Shown here: in pieces, positions 8,655 through 18,037 of the stretch
How positions within the stretch are numbered: position 1 is the first letter of the stretch
Layout of the letters: the number at the start of each line of letters is the position of its first letter
Virus record (IMG/VR): IMGVR_UViG_3300005573_000097
Span: 1 to 62,939 of that record
DNA length: 62,939 nt
Source: a virus
Taxonomy: Duplodnaviria; Caudoviricetes
Direction: 5' to 3' (one strand)
Program-made: the position numbers and the translations under genes
The notes under the pieces: model-generated
Seen by the model: only the letters and a program-made list of their open reading frames with translations
What the model was told of the DNA's origin: nothing
Database searches by the model: none

Positions 8655-9414
8655 ATATAAAGATACTGAAATGATGAAAAGAACTTTTCAGGGATTTTTA
8701 TCATCTCTTAGAAATCAAATTGATCAGAATTTTCGTTTATTTTTATCTTTTCATGATATCCCTAATATAGATTATTCTATAGAGAATATGACTTGGTGCA
8801 GTGTTGCAGATCCTAAAGATCGAGAAAGAACTTTACTTTATGATAGACTTCCAAAATTATTAGATGAAAAAATTTCTTATTCTTCTGTTCCATATTCTTG
8901 TCCTATTACAGATTGTGGTAGAAAACAAGTTAATGCTATGATTGAAGCTGGTAAATGGATTTATGAAAGAGGGATTGATAATTTCTGGATGCTGAGATGT
9001 GATTCTGATGATCTCCTTGCAAAAGATTATGTAGCAATTCTGAATCAATTAGATGTAAAAAAAGTTAGGGCTGTTTTTAATAGAAAATGTCATATGTTTG
9101 ATATTCAACAAAGAAAGATTGGTATTGTTGATCATAATTACTCTACTACTTGGAATGCAATTTATCTTGAAAGGATTGATAATGAATTAAAACCTAATTG
9201 GTTTTATCTAAATAATAATCATACTTTATTTATTAATGATATTATCAGGGATAAAATTCCTTCTTTTGAATTGGATTTCAATTGCTGTATAATTACAAAT
9301 TCTGGAAACTCTATATCAAATCGACCAGCTCTTGAGAAAGAACAATTCTTCAAAGAAGAAATTCCTTTAACAAAGGAGCTTATTGATCGTTATGGACTTG
9401 AATCTCTTTTATGA
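8617..9414 (+). CDS. putative glycosyltransferase (GT-A fold, GT2-like)
   Basis: SLRNQIDQNF segment and RCDSDDL (DxDD) motif; sugar-gene context. Confidence 0.6.
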   Translation: MVIIVSSLGPINKYKDTEMMKRTFQGFLSSLRNQIDQNFRLFLSFHDIPNIDYSIENMTWCSVADPKDRERTLLYDRLPKLLDEKISYSSVPYSCPITDCGRKQVNAMIEAGKWIYERGIDNFWMLRCDSDDLLAKDYVAILNQLDVKKVRAVFNRKCHMFDIQQRKIGIVDHNYSTTWNAIYLERIDNELKPNWFYLNNNHTLFINDIIRDKIPSFELDFNCCIITNSGNSISNRPALEKEQFFKEEIPLTKELIDRYGLESLL

Positions 9415-9490
9415 ATATCATAGAGTTGGTAAGTCTCAACAAGATTTTTATGGCTCTTAAATTGATTGTTGAGTTTGGAGAAAGAAAGGG

Positions 9491-9546
9491 TTTGGTTGAA
9501 GACGCGCGCGCGTGTACTGCCTTTGTCTTTGTCTTTATTTATCGAA
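9491..9546 (+). repeat. dispersed element copy 2
   Basis: TTTGGTTGAAGACGCGCGCGCGTGTACTGCCTTTGTCTTTGTCTTTATTTATCGAA. Confidence 0.85.
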
Positions 9547-9620
9547 AGGGCTTAGTCAAGCAAATAAGATTCTATGAATGAAAATTGATTCATCAATCTT
9601 GGGGAGCTTCCTATTAAAAA

Positions 9621-10715
9621 ATGATACCATTATTTCATCCACCTAAAATGAATGTAGAAAAAATTCTTCTCGAAATTCAAAACACTCTTTATAGTCGTTG
9701 GATTGGTCAAGCCTATAAAGTTGATCTCTTTGAGAAGAAATTTTCAGAGAAGTTTAATCTCTCAAATTGTCTTATGACTAATTCTGGAACCTCTGCTCTT
9801 CATCTTGCTTATATTTGTGCTGGAATTCAATCTGGTGATGAGGTCATTGTGCCAGTACTGACCTGTACAGCTACTAATCATCCTCTACTTTGGATGGGAG
9901 CAAAACCAATTTTTGCAGATATTCGATCAGATACTTTAACTATTGATCCAGAAGATGTTGAGAGAAAAATAACAGAGAAAACAAAAGCTATTGTTCAAGT
10001 TCATCTAGGTGGTTCTGTTTTTGATAGAAATGAAATAAAATCAATTTGCTATGAATATAAATTGAAACTTATTGAGGATGCTTGCCAGGCACTTGGTAAT
10101 CCATCTGTTGGATATGGAGATTTTACTTGCTTTTCATTTCAAGCTATCAAGACAATGACCACTGGAGATGGTGGTTTACTTGTTTGTAAGAGTAAAGAAG
10201 ATTATCAGAGAGCCAAGAAACTTCGATGGTTTTCAATAGATAGAGATCAAAAAGCAGAAAAGAATTGGCAAGCTTGGGATAGAAGAGGAATTACATTTGA
10301 TCAAGAGGAAATGGGATATAAATATCAACCAACAGATATTGATGCTTGTATTGGTCTCATTGGGTTGGAAACTATTGATTCTAGTTTAAAACATAGAAAG
10401 ATTCTGTCTGATCTCTACAAGAATCTTCTTAGAGATAATCAGAAAGTTAAACTTCTTACAGTTGACCCAAGGTCAGCTAATTGGCTTTTTATGATTTTAA
10501 TTAAAGATCGAGATACTATTGCCGAAAAACTTCACTCTGCTGGAATTGAAACTAATGTTGCTCATATCCGCAATGATATCTTCAAAGTATTTGGAGGGGA
10601 AAGGTTGGATCTTTCAAATATGAATTCTGTTGAATTTAACTATCTTTGTCTTCCCATTAATGATTATGTTTCAATTGAAGATGTTAAATATATTTGTGAA
10701 AAATTGAATGATTAA
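9621..10715 (+). CDS. DegT/DnrJ/EryC1/StrS PLP-dependent sugar aminotransferase
   Basis: NSGTSALHLA, GDEVIVP, EDACQALG, FSFQAIKTMTTGDGG (PLP lysine), CLPI. Confidence 0.93.
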   Translation: MIPLFHPPKMNVEKILLEIQNTLYSRWIGQAYKVDLFEKKFSEKFNLSNCLMTNSGTSALHLAYICAGIQSGDEVIVPVLTCTATNHPLLWMGAKPIFADIRSDTLTIDPEDVERKITEKTKAIVQVHLGGSVFDRNEIKSICYEYKLKLIEDACQALGNPSVGYGDFTCFSFQAIKTMTTGDGGLLVCKSKEDYQRAKKLRWFSIDRDQKAEKNWQAWDRRGITFDQEEMGYKYQPTDIDACIGLIGLETIDSSLKHRKILSDLYKNLLRDNQKVKLLTVDPRSANWLFMILIKDRDTIAEKLHSAGIETNVAHIRNDIFKVFGGERLDLSNMNSVEFNYLCLPINDYVSIEDVKYICEKLND

Positions 10716-10769
10716 TTTTTAAACTTTTAATTTGTTTGGAAAACTTAAACTTTAATTTTAGGAGACCTT

Positions 10770-11648
10770 ATGGCTAGACGTATTAAACCTTATGTTGAAG
10801 AAGTATCACTGGCCATCAATCCTGCTAACAAGAAGAGATTCTTCCTCTTCAAGGAGACTGACATGGACTTAATTAAACTCAAAAGTATTATCTCTGAAAA
10901 GGATTCTGGTAAAAGAGAATCTCTCATCAAGGAAATGTTGAAAGATCGACTTGATCTCTATCCTGTTGTCAGTATTATGTTTAATCTTCTTAATGATAAA
11001 TCTTCTGATGAAGATTGTAAGAAATTTATAGCAACTGTTGAATCTCTTTTAAAAGATGTTCCAAAACCTGAACAGATTAATAAAGAAGATCTTAAGAAGG
11101 GTCTTGAGGCTGAACTTAAAGAGAATCTCCGAAAAGAGATCAGGGAAGAGTTGGAAAAAGATTCCAAGGCCTCCCCTGAGTTTAAGCTTCTTAAAGATCA
11201 AGTTCTTCAAATGCAGAAGGATCTCAAGTCCACTCAGGAAACTCTTGAGAAGGAGAGAAAAGATAATAGTGAAACAAAAGGAAAACTCCGAAGAGCTGAA
11301 GTGAGAGAAATGTTTAATGAGATTGAAGCTATCGGAGATCTTGATAAAATGGTTGATCGTTTCATCAAGTTGGAAAAACTTGATAAGGAAATAGCTCAAG
11401 AATACTTTGATGGAATTAAAGAGAATACTCTTATGATTAAAGAAGCTGGATATCTTTCTGAAATTGGATCTTCTGGTAGCGGATCAAATTTTAAAACTTC
11501 TGATGATAAAATTATGGTTCTTGCAAAGGAAGAGATGAAGAAAGACTCTAATCTTTCTCTGGATAAGGCTATCAATTTCGTATTGAAAGCAAATCCGGAT
11601 TTATATAAAGATCATATGAAAAGAAGACCATATACTTTTGTTGCTTAA
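10770..11648 (+). CDS. capsid scaffolding protein
   Basis: Coiled-coil and charged; N-terminal EEVSLAINPANK, C-terminal EIGSSG...NPDLY; precedes the capsid genes. Confidence 0.7.
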   Translation: MARRIKPYVEEVSLAINPANKKRFFLFKETDMDLIKLKSIISEKDSGKRESLIKEMLKDRLDLYPVVSIMFNLLNDKSSDEDCKKFIATVESLLKDVPKPEQINKEDLKKGLEAELKENLRKEIREELEKDSKASPEFKLLKDQVLQMQKDLKSTQETLEKERKDNSETKGKLRRAEVREMFNEIEAIGDLDKMVDRFIKLEKLDKEIAQEYFDGIKENTLMIKEAGYLSEIGSSGSGSNFKTSDDKIMVLAKEEMKKDSNLSLDKAINFVLKANPDLYKDHMKRRPYTFVA

Positions 11649-11668
11649 TCTATTAAGGAGACTTTAGT

Positions 11669-12046
11669 ATGGAACAAATAAATCCAAGTGATATTGGAAA
11701 TCTTCTTGCTGGGGAAGATCTTGACAATTATCAATTCTGTCCAGTAGGAATTCTTGCTTCAGATGGTAAGTGTTATCTTGCTGATGGTACTGAGACTATC
11801 GCTCTTGGTATTCTTCAGAATAAACCTAAATCTGGAGAACCTTGCACCATTCGTCATGCCTGTGGCAAGATGACTAAGGTTAAGGTTGGCCCTGGAGGTT
11901 GTACCATTGGAGCCAGAGGTAAAGCATCTGCAGGAACTGTGGTTATGACGACAACATCTACTGATAGAATTCTTGGTATTTTTATGTCAAAGAATTCTCA
12001 GAATGAATATGCATCATTTCTTCTTGAACCTGGGAGGAATGTCTAA
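11669..12046 (+). CDS. capsid cement/decoration protein (DUF2190-like)
   Basis: Small Gly-rich beta protein (ALGILQNKP) immediately before the major capsid gene. Confidence 0.7.
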   Translation: MEQINPSDIGNLLAGEDLDNYQFCPVGILASDGKCYLADGTETIALGILQNKPKSGEPCTIRHACGKMTKVKVGPGGCTIGARGKASAGTVVMTTTSTDRILGIFMSKNSQNEYASFLLEPGRNV

Positions 12047-13062
12047 TGCCTGAACCAACGAGTAGAGATCTACACATTGATAAATTGTTATCTAATGTTA
12101 GTATTCAATATATGAATGCACCTAGTGCTTACGTTTCTGATCAAGTATTTCCTGTTCTTAATGTTGACAAACAATCTGATCAGATTGCCATCTACCGTAC
12201 TGAGGATATGTTTCGTGACGAAGCTCAAGTTAGGGCTCCTTTAACTGAATCAGCTGGTGGTGGATTTGGTGTTGCAACACCATCTAGTTACTTCTGTCCT
12301 GAGTATGGTTATCATCAGGATATTGCTCAAGATGATATTTATAACACCGATGATCCATTCAATCTTGAGGCTGATGCAACTCGTATTGTAACAGAGAAAT
12401 TTCGGATTAAAAGAGAATCTCTTTTTGGAAATACTTATTTCAAAACAGGAGTTTGGGATCTTGATGTAACTGGAGTTACAGATACTCCTGGTGAAGATGA
12501 ATTTAAATGTTGGGATCTAAGTGGTTCAACTCCTGTTGATGATGTTGAAGGATTGAAATCTCAAGTTCATCTTAGGACAGGCCAGGAACCCAATGTCCTT
12601 CTTGTTTCTAAGAGAGTTCATAAGGCTCTTAAAACTCATCCAACTATTAAGGATCTTTACAAGTATACAACTCCAGGAGCAAAGATTACAGAAAAGCTTT
12701 TAGCTGAAATTTTTGAAGTTGATAAATATCTCGTAGCCTCAGCTTTGATTGCCAATAATGCTGAGGGCGCTGCTACTGATCTTGGTTACCTTCTCAATCA
12801 GTATGGAGCTTTACTTGTATATGCTGCTCCTAATCCATCTAAATATCAAATTACTGGAGGTTATACCATTCGATGGAATCGTCCCCAGTTTGGTGGGACT
12901 GGTGGAGAAAAATTTCCTGCTACTATCGCTAGATTAGATATGCCAACTATTAAAGCTGTTAGAATAGAAGGTAGTTTTTATGAGACACAGAAGCTGATAT
13001 GTCCTGGTTGTGGAGTCTTCATTAATAATGCTATTGCTGCAGGGAGAACCCTTACCTCGTAA
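12046..13062 (+). CDS. major capsid protein (HK97 fold)
   Basis: 338 aa; HIDKLLSNVSIQY, DQVFP, PNVLLV, LKTHP; gene position. Confidence 0.88.
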   Translation: MPEPTSRDLHIDKLLSNVSIQYMNAPSAYVSDQVFPVLNVDKQSDQIAIYRTEDMFRDEAQVRAPLTESAGGGFGVATPSSYFCPEYGYHQDIAQDDIYNTDDPFNLEADATRIVTEKFRIKRESLFGNTYFKTGVWDLDVTGVTDTPGEDEFKCWDLSGSTPVDDVEGLKSQVHLRTGQEPNVLLVSKRVHKALKTHPTIKDLYKYTTPGAKITEKLLAEIFEVDKYLVASALIANNAEGAATDLGYLLNQYGALLVYAAPNPSKYQITGGYTIRWNRPQFGGTGGEKFPATIARLDMPTIKAVRIEGSFYETQKLICPGCGVFINNAIAAGRTLTS

Positions 13063-13076
13063 TTTTGGAGACTAAT

Positions 13077-13472
13077 ATGAGTTTCACATACGATCCAGAA
13101 AGTTTAGATGTTGAATTGAATAGAATTCGTCTCGAACTTGGAGACACTGATAAGAATAATCCTTACCTTCTCGATGAAGAAATTGCAATAATCCAGAGTG
13201 AGTTCTCCTCCCTCAACTCTAGATTGGCGAAATGTTGTATTGTTATTGCAAATAAATTATCCGAGAAGAAGGTTAAAATTGGTGACTACAGCGAAGATTC
13301 AGCATCACTTGTAAATCATTTCAAATCTATGGCTATTGAATATGGACATCTAACTTCTGGATCGTATCCTTTTTCTTCATCTTTAACTATTTCAGGAAAG
13401 GAAGCTTTTACATTAGATACTGATATTGTTCAACCTCGATTTTCAAGAGGTATGCATGACAACAATCAATAA
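13077..13472 (+). CDS. head-tail adaptor
   Basis: IRLELGDTD...LLDEEI motif; follows the capsid gene; ATG chosen after GGAG. Confidence 0.7.
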   Translation: MSFTYDPESLDVELNRIRLELGDTDKNNPYLLDEEIAIIQSEFSSLNSRLAKCCIVIANKLSEKKVKIGDYSEDSASLVNHFKSMAIEYGHLTSGSYPFSSSLTISGKEAFTLDTDIVQPRFSRGMHDNNQ

Positions 13473-13767
13473 AAGATTATTAAAATCAAAAGTTAATATT
13501 TTACATGTTACAAAGAACTCTTCTGGAAGAACTGTAACTGGAACTGATCTAGACGTCCCTTGTCGAATCTCTGAATATAAAAGAATTATTAGAGATGAGA
13601 CTGGGGATCATCTAGTTTGTAAAACGCAGTTATTCTTCCATCCAGATGATGCTCCTTCTCTTTCTGATGAGATATCAATTAATGGGAAGGTTTACCAAAT
13701 TGAATCAATCAATACCCTAAGAGATGGATTTGGTATTATTCATCATTATGAGGTATTTTTAAAATGA
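13456..13767 (+). CDS. head closure/stopper protein
   Basis: Beta-rich ~100 aa ending HHYEVFL; synteny. Confidence 0.65.
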   Translation: MTTINKRLLKSKVNILHVTKNSSGRTVTGTDLDVPCRISEYKRIIRDETGDHLVCKTQLFFHPDDAPSLSDEISINGKVYQIESINTLRDGFGIIHHYEVFLK

Positions 13768-14255
13768 GTTGGACAGACATCTCTCCTCCAAATCAACCTT
13801 TTAAAATTAGATTTGATACTAATTCTTTCAAGAGAGAATTGATTCATTTAGTATCAAAAGAAGTTGCTCAATCTCTTGGTGCTGTGGATAAGGCTATGGG
13901 ACAATTTTTACAGGATTGTATAACAGCTGTTCCTAAATGTCCTGTCGATAGTGGAGATTTGATAGGGAGTCATAAAGTTATACCTGCAAAAAGATCTGGT
14001 GATCGGACTGAAGGAACTCTTAGAGTTGAAAAACCTTATGCAGCATCTCTTCATGAAGGAATAACTCCTAAAGGAAAACCTTATCAATTTCATACCCCAG
14101 ATACAGGAAGTCATTGGGTTATTTCTAAACTGCTTATGTATGGAGAGAACTACCTTAGAATTATCTCATCTGGAATTCTTACTTCAAGTAATGAAACTTC
14201 TTATACATCAATACTAAATGACTTTTTAGGAAAATCTGGATTTTCTGAGGACTGA
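13764..14255 (+). CDS. HK97 gp10-like neck/tail completion protein
   Basis: PVDSGDLIGS and PYAASLHEG motifs. Confidence 0.7.
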   Translation: MSWTDISPPNQPFKIRFDTNSFKRELIHLVSKEVAQSLGAVDKAMGQFLQDCITAVPKCPVDSGDLIGSHKVIPAKRSGDRTEGTLRVEKPYAASLHEGITPKGKPYQFHTPDTGSHWVISKLLMYGENYLRIISSGILTSSNETSYTSILNDFLGKSGFSED

Positions 14256-14257
14256 TT

Positions 14258-14629
14258 ATGTTATTAACATCATTAGCATCTTATATCTCAACTCAATTAT
14301 CTCTAGTTTTGGATGTCTCTATCTTTATTGGAGTGGTTCCTCTAGATGTTGATGTAAAACATATGTTAATCAGAAGCATTGCTGGTGGTACTGATTCAGA
14401 GTCTGGATTGATAAGACAACCAATTCAAATTCTTTCTTATGATTTATCATACAAGGATTCAGAAGATTTCTCTTTATCTATTCATAACTTAATATCAAAT
14501 AAAAAAGGATTTCCTGGAGTTACTGGGATTTCCTATTGTTCCTGTATTGGGCGACCTCATTTAATTTTTCAAAATGAAAGGTTTTATATATTTTCAGCAA
14601 CTTATCTTCTTAGTGGATTATTATCTTAA
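14258..14629 (+). CDS. tail terminator / minor capsid family protein
   Basis: IFIG..P and IQILS pattern; synteny. Confidence 0.6.
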   Translation: MLLTSLASYISTQLSLVLDVSIFIGVVPLDVDVKHMLIRSIAGGTDSESGLIRQPIQILSYDLSYKDSEDFSLSIHNLISNKKGFPGVTGISYCSCIGRPHLIFQNERFYIFSATYLLSGLLS

Positions 14630-14639
14630 AAGGTTGACT

Positions 14640-14891
14640 ATGACCCAACAAATAAAAAATTTTTGGATAAATCTTGATTGGTGGATAAAATTTTATACAG
14701 CTATAATTTCCACAATTTTTATGCTGTGGGGATTTATAGTTCGTCCATATGTAAATGCCGAGGTTCAAAAAATTCGACAGAACGATTCTTTAGATAAGAG
14801 AATTGATTTAATCCAGAAAGATTTTAATAATATGAAAGAGAATATAAAAGATATAAAAGATCTTGTGGATAAGTTATACTATAAGAGATAA
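14640..14891 (+). CDS. single-TM coiled-coil membrane protein (holin-like)
   Basis: One hydrophobic helix followed by a charged coiled coil. Confidence 0.45.
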   Translation: MTQQIKNFWINLDWWIKFYTAIISTIFMLWGFIVRPYVNAEVQKIRQNDSLDKRIDLIQKDFNNMKENIKDIKDLVDKLYYKR

Positions 14892-14903
14892 GGAGTAATT
14901 AAT

Positions 14904-15386
14904 ATGGAATCTTTTCATTCTAGATCTGAAGATAAAAATATTTTGAATGATAGAATTGTTCTTGGTGAAACAGATTTGCCAGATACTACACCAGTTCCCA
15001 CAACCCTTGTCACTTCCATTTCATCGGAATTTGATACAATCAACGTTAGTAAGATGAACAAGGGCGGCATAACGGTAGCACACAACGCCATTACGGCTAC
15101 GGCTACCAGCGCAGAAATTGACTGCCGTGGATTTAATGCTGGAGAAATAAACATCGAGATAATATCCGGTTCTGGAACATGGCAGATAGATCTCCTGGGT
15201 TGCCCAGTTTCAGGAGGTACATTTGTACCTCTATATGACGCATACAATGCTCTGATTTCTTTTACAGGTATTAATTCTTCAAGATCGATAGCTATTCCAA
15301 TTATTTCGTCGAATTTTATAAAGATCGTAGCCACTGAAGTGGTTGATGGGGCTACGGTAACCATTCGTTTTACCCCGATGGTGTAA
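14904..15386 (+). CDS. putative virion beta-sandwich protein
   Basis: 160 aa, beta-rich, AGGAG RBS. Confidence 0.6.
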   Translation: MESFHSRSEDKNILNDRIVLGETDLPDTTPVPTTLVTSISSEFDTINVSKMNKGGITVAHNAITATATSAEIDCRGFNAGEINIEIISGSGTWQIDLLGCPVSGGTFVPLYDAYNALISFTGINSSRSIAIPIISSNFIKIVATEVVDGATVTIRFTPMV

Positions 15387-15388
15387 AT

Positions 15389-16264
15389 ATGTTTCATAAA
15401 AGAAGAATAGGAATAGAAAGTTTTTCCCTTTCCCATACTGCCGGAACATTGAACATAACAGTCACAAACGGAAAAAATACGCGTTGGATATTGCCGGATG
15501 GGACTATCGTTGCAGGTAACACCGTGAATAATACGGTCAGCACAGGGAAAACAATTCTACTTTGTTCGAATCTGGCGGATAATAGCATTCAGTTTAATGT
15601 ATTAAGTAACCCGACTATTGTAACGTTTTCCCTTAAGGATTTTAGAAAGAGGTTAACATACTATTTCAGACTATACAACTGTTCCAACATCACAGGTTCT
15701 CTTGTTGATCTTGGAGCGAAGATAACGTATTACCTCGATTTAAATTATTGTCCCAACATCACTGGTTCCCTTGCTGATCTTGGAGCGAAGCTAACGTATT
15801 ATCTCAATTTGAACAGTTGCTCCAACATCACTGGTTCTCTTGCTGATCTTGGAGCGAAGATAACGTATTACCTCAACCTATACAACTGTTCCAACATCAC
15901 AGGTTCTCTAGCTGATCTTGGAGCAAAGTTGACGAATACTCTCATTTTAAGGTCTTGTTCCAACATCACCGGTTCCTTAGCAGATCTTGGTGGGAAGATA
16001 ACGTATTATTTGAGCCTGAGTAATTGTTCATTAATTACCGGCGTATATACCCCTGTAGGGGATGGAATCCCGACCTATACGTATCTGGACTACACTGGAT
16101 TATCCACCGCAGACATGGATTCTACGCTAATCAACTATGCGGCAACTACCAAAGCAAATGGGACATTTAGGGCGTATGAGAAAACCAGATCTTCTGCCAG
16201 TGATGATGCGATTTCCACTTTGGCCGGAAGAGGATGGACTATCAATGGATTAACTAAAGTATAG
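15389..16264 (+). CDS. leucine-rich-repeat protein
   Basis: About five and a half 23-aa (69-nt) repeats of the type CSNITGSLADLGAKITYYLNLYN. Confidence 0.85.
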   Translation: MFHKRRIGIESFSLSHTAGTLNITVTNGKNTRWILPDGTIVAGNTVNNTVSTGKTILLCSNLADNSIQFNVLSNPTIVTFSLKDFRKRLTYYFRLYNCSNITGSLVDLGAKITYYLDLNYCPNITGSLADLGAKLTYYLNLNSCSNITGSLADLGAKITYYLNLYNCSNITGSLADLGAKLTNTLILRSCSNITGSLADLGGKITYYLSLSNCSLITGVYTPVGDGIPTYTYLDYTGLSTADMDSTLINYAATTKANGTFRAYEKTRSSASDDAISTLAGRGWTINGLTKV

Positions 16265-16273
16265 GAGAAAAAT

Positions 16274-16447
16274 ATGGCAAAATACATAAAAATAGTGGAT
16301 TATCATGGTCAAGACCTTGCTAAGGATGAAACAATCTTGATGAGTTTAGCTGAATTTAATGCTGGTGGGAAAGATCTGAAAGGAGTTCCCATTTGTATTA
16401 CACCATCCGGCGAAGAGCCAACTGAAGATCCAAATTTTGATATATAG
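16274..16447 (+). CDS. hypothetical 57-aa protein (not in the ORF track)
   Basis: AGGAG RBS; MAKYIKIVDYHGQ...PNFDI, TAG. Confidence 0.6.
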   Translation: MAKYIKIVDYHGQDLAKDETILMSLAEFNAGGKDLKGVPICITPSGEEPTEDPNFDI

Positions 16448-16488
16448 AGAAAATCATTGAATGATGGATCTTCGAGAGGAGGCATATC

Positions 16489-17952
16489 GTGCCACGATTA
16501 CAATTACCGCAAAACTATCTGCTTAACCAGGGAACTGTAGTAGAAAATTTCAGCAATTTTGCTGGTTGGACAAATGAAACACCGTCAGCGGGGACGATAA
16601 GTGCGGATACTGTCCATTACAGGGGAACGCAGGGAGTAAAATTCACTGCCAACGCTGGTCAATCCTTAACAGCTTATAAAAATGTATCCCTTAACCTCAA
16701 GGAGAGTGGAAGTATATTGAGATTATGGGTATACATCCCAGATCCTTTATATGTGAGCAGTTTTAATCTGGAGATATACTCAAACAATACCTGGTATCAT
16801 ACATGGAAAAGTTTTGATTGCAGTGCACGCCGGTCAGTCATAGGATGGAACTGTCTGACTGTTCATAAAGATTCAATGGGAAGAGACGCCCAGTTTGACT
16901 GGGCAAGCGTCACGAAAATCAGGCTTACCTTTACTGCACTTGCAGGCAGGATAAGCGAGGTTACCTTTGGTGAAATCTCCCTGGGAACTGAGTCTTTATC
17001 TCGAATCATGATCCAGTTTGATGACGCCATAAGCACAGAATATACCAAAGGGTTTGATTATCTCTACAACCAAATGGGGAAAATGGGCACTATCTGGGTA
17101 GTACCTGCCCTGGTTGGGGGCAGCGGATATATGACGAAATCGAACCTGGATATAGTGTATTCTGCCGGCTGGGCATTAGGTAATCATACCTACAGTCATT
17201 CCACCAGGACGAGAATAATTGTTTCTGCGGCGAATACAACAACATCATTGACAATAGGGGCAACACCTTATTCAGTATCGGGAACTGGCATGGATGCGGC
17301 ACAGATTGCTGCTGCACTGGCTGCCGCAATTGGAAGCATTGCTCACGATCTGGGTGATGGATCTTTCTGGCTTGATTCTGGAACCGTAAGCAGTCTGGTA
17401 AATTGTTCGGCCAGTCAAACGGGAATAACTTATTTAGATAAAGACGGTCAAAAGGCTGATATCCTGGCCTGCTCACAATGGCTGATTGCTAACGGCTACA
17501 TAAGAGCCGCGTATCATGTGGCCTGGCCTTCAGGAGTTTCAAACGCTGATACATATAAGGCTATGGATGAACTTGGCATGCTGACGGGAAGGGGCATCGT
17601 TTCCCGTGTTGAACCTGCTCCTGCGGGAGAAAGATATCAGCTTATGGGGCCTCTTGTTACGTGGGGAGATAAGGCAACGCATCCAACTCAACCTGAAATA
17701 ACCGTTGATACGGTAAAATCCTGGATTGATACAGCGGTTTCAACTGGATCTTCATTATCCCTCATATTTCATCATTTGGCAGATGATGTTGCCCATATCA
17801 CGAATACTACAGATTATCTGTTCAGTGATTTCAAGACAATTGTAGATTATGCCATTGCGCGGGGATTGAAATTTGTAACCATAGACGAATGGTACAATGG
17901 ATTGACCAACCCGCGATATAGATCGGTGCCTCTGAGTAGGACGGCGGTGTAA
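16489..17952 (+). CDS. jelly-roll domain + NodB/CE4 polysaccharide deacetylase
   Basis: IQFDDA, LGNHTYSH, AWPSG and LIFHH motifs; GGAGG RBS with GTG start. Confidence 0.82.
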   Translation: MPRLQLPQNYLLNQGTVVENFSNFAGWTNETPSAGTISADTVHYRGTQGVKFTANAGQSLTAYKNVSLNLKESGSILRLWVYIPDPLYVSSFNLEIYSNNTWYHTWKSFDCSARRSVIGWNCLTVHKDSMGRDAQFDWASVTKIRLTFTALAGRISEVTFGEISLGTESLSRIMIQFDDAISTEYTKGFDYLYNQMGKMGTIWVVPALVGGSGYMTKSNLDIVYSAGWALGNHTYSHSTRTRIIVSAANTTTSLTIGATPYSVSGTGMDAAQIAAALAAAIGSIAHDLGDGSFWLDSGTVSSLVNCSASQTGITYLDKDGQKADILACSQWLIANGYIRAAYHVAWPSGVSNADTYKAMDELGMLTGRGIVSRVEPAPAGERYQLMGPLVTWGDKATHPTQPEITVDTVKSWIDTAVSTGSSLSLIFHHLADDVAHITNTTDYLFSDFKTIVDYAIARGLKFVTIDEWYNGLTNPRYRSVPLSRTAV

Positions 17953-18037
17953 GGATGGCTGTAATCATAAATTCCAATATTACCAGATTTAATGGTTTTC
18001 TGCCCACAACTAAAGAAATTCATAAAGGAGGTGTATT

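Noticed and set aside
14915-15436. 173-aa minus-strand ORF
   Set aside because: Antisense shadow of 14904..15386, which has the RBS and operon orientation
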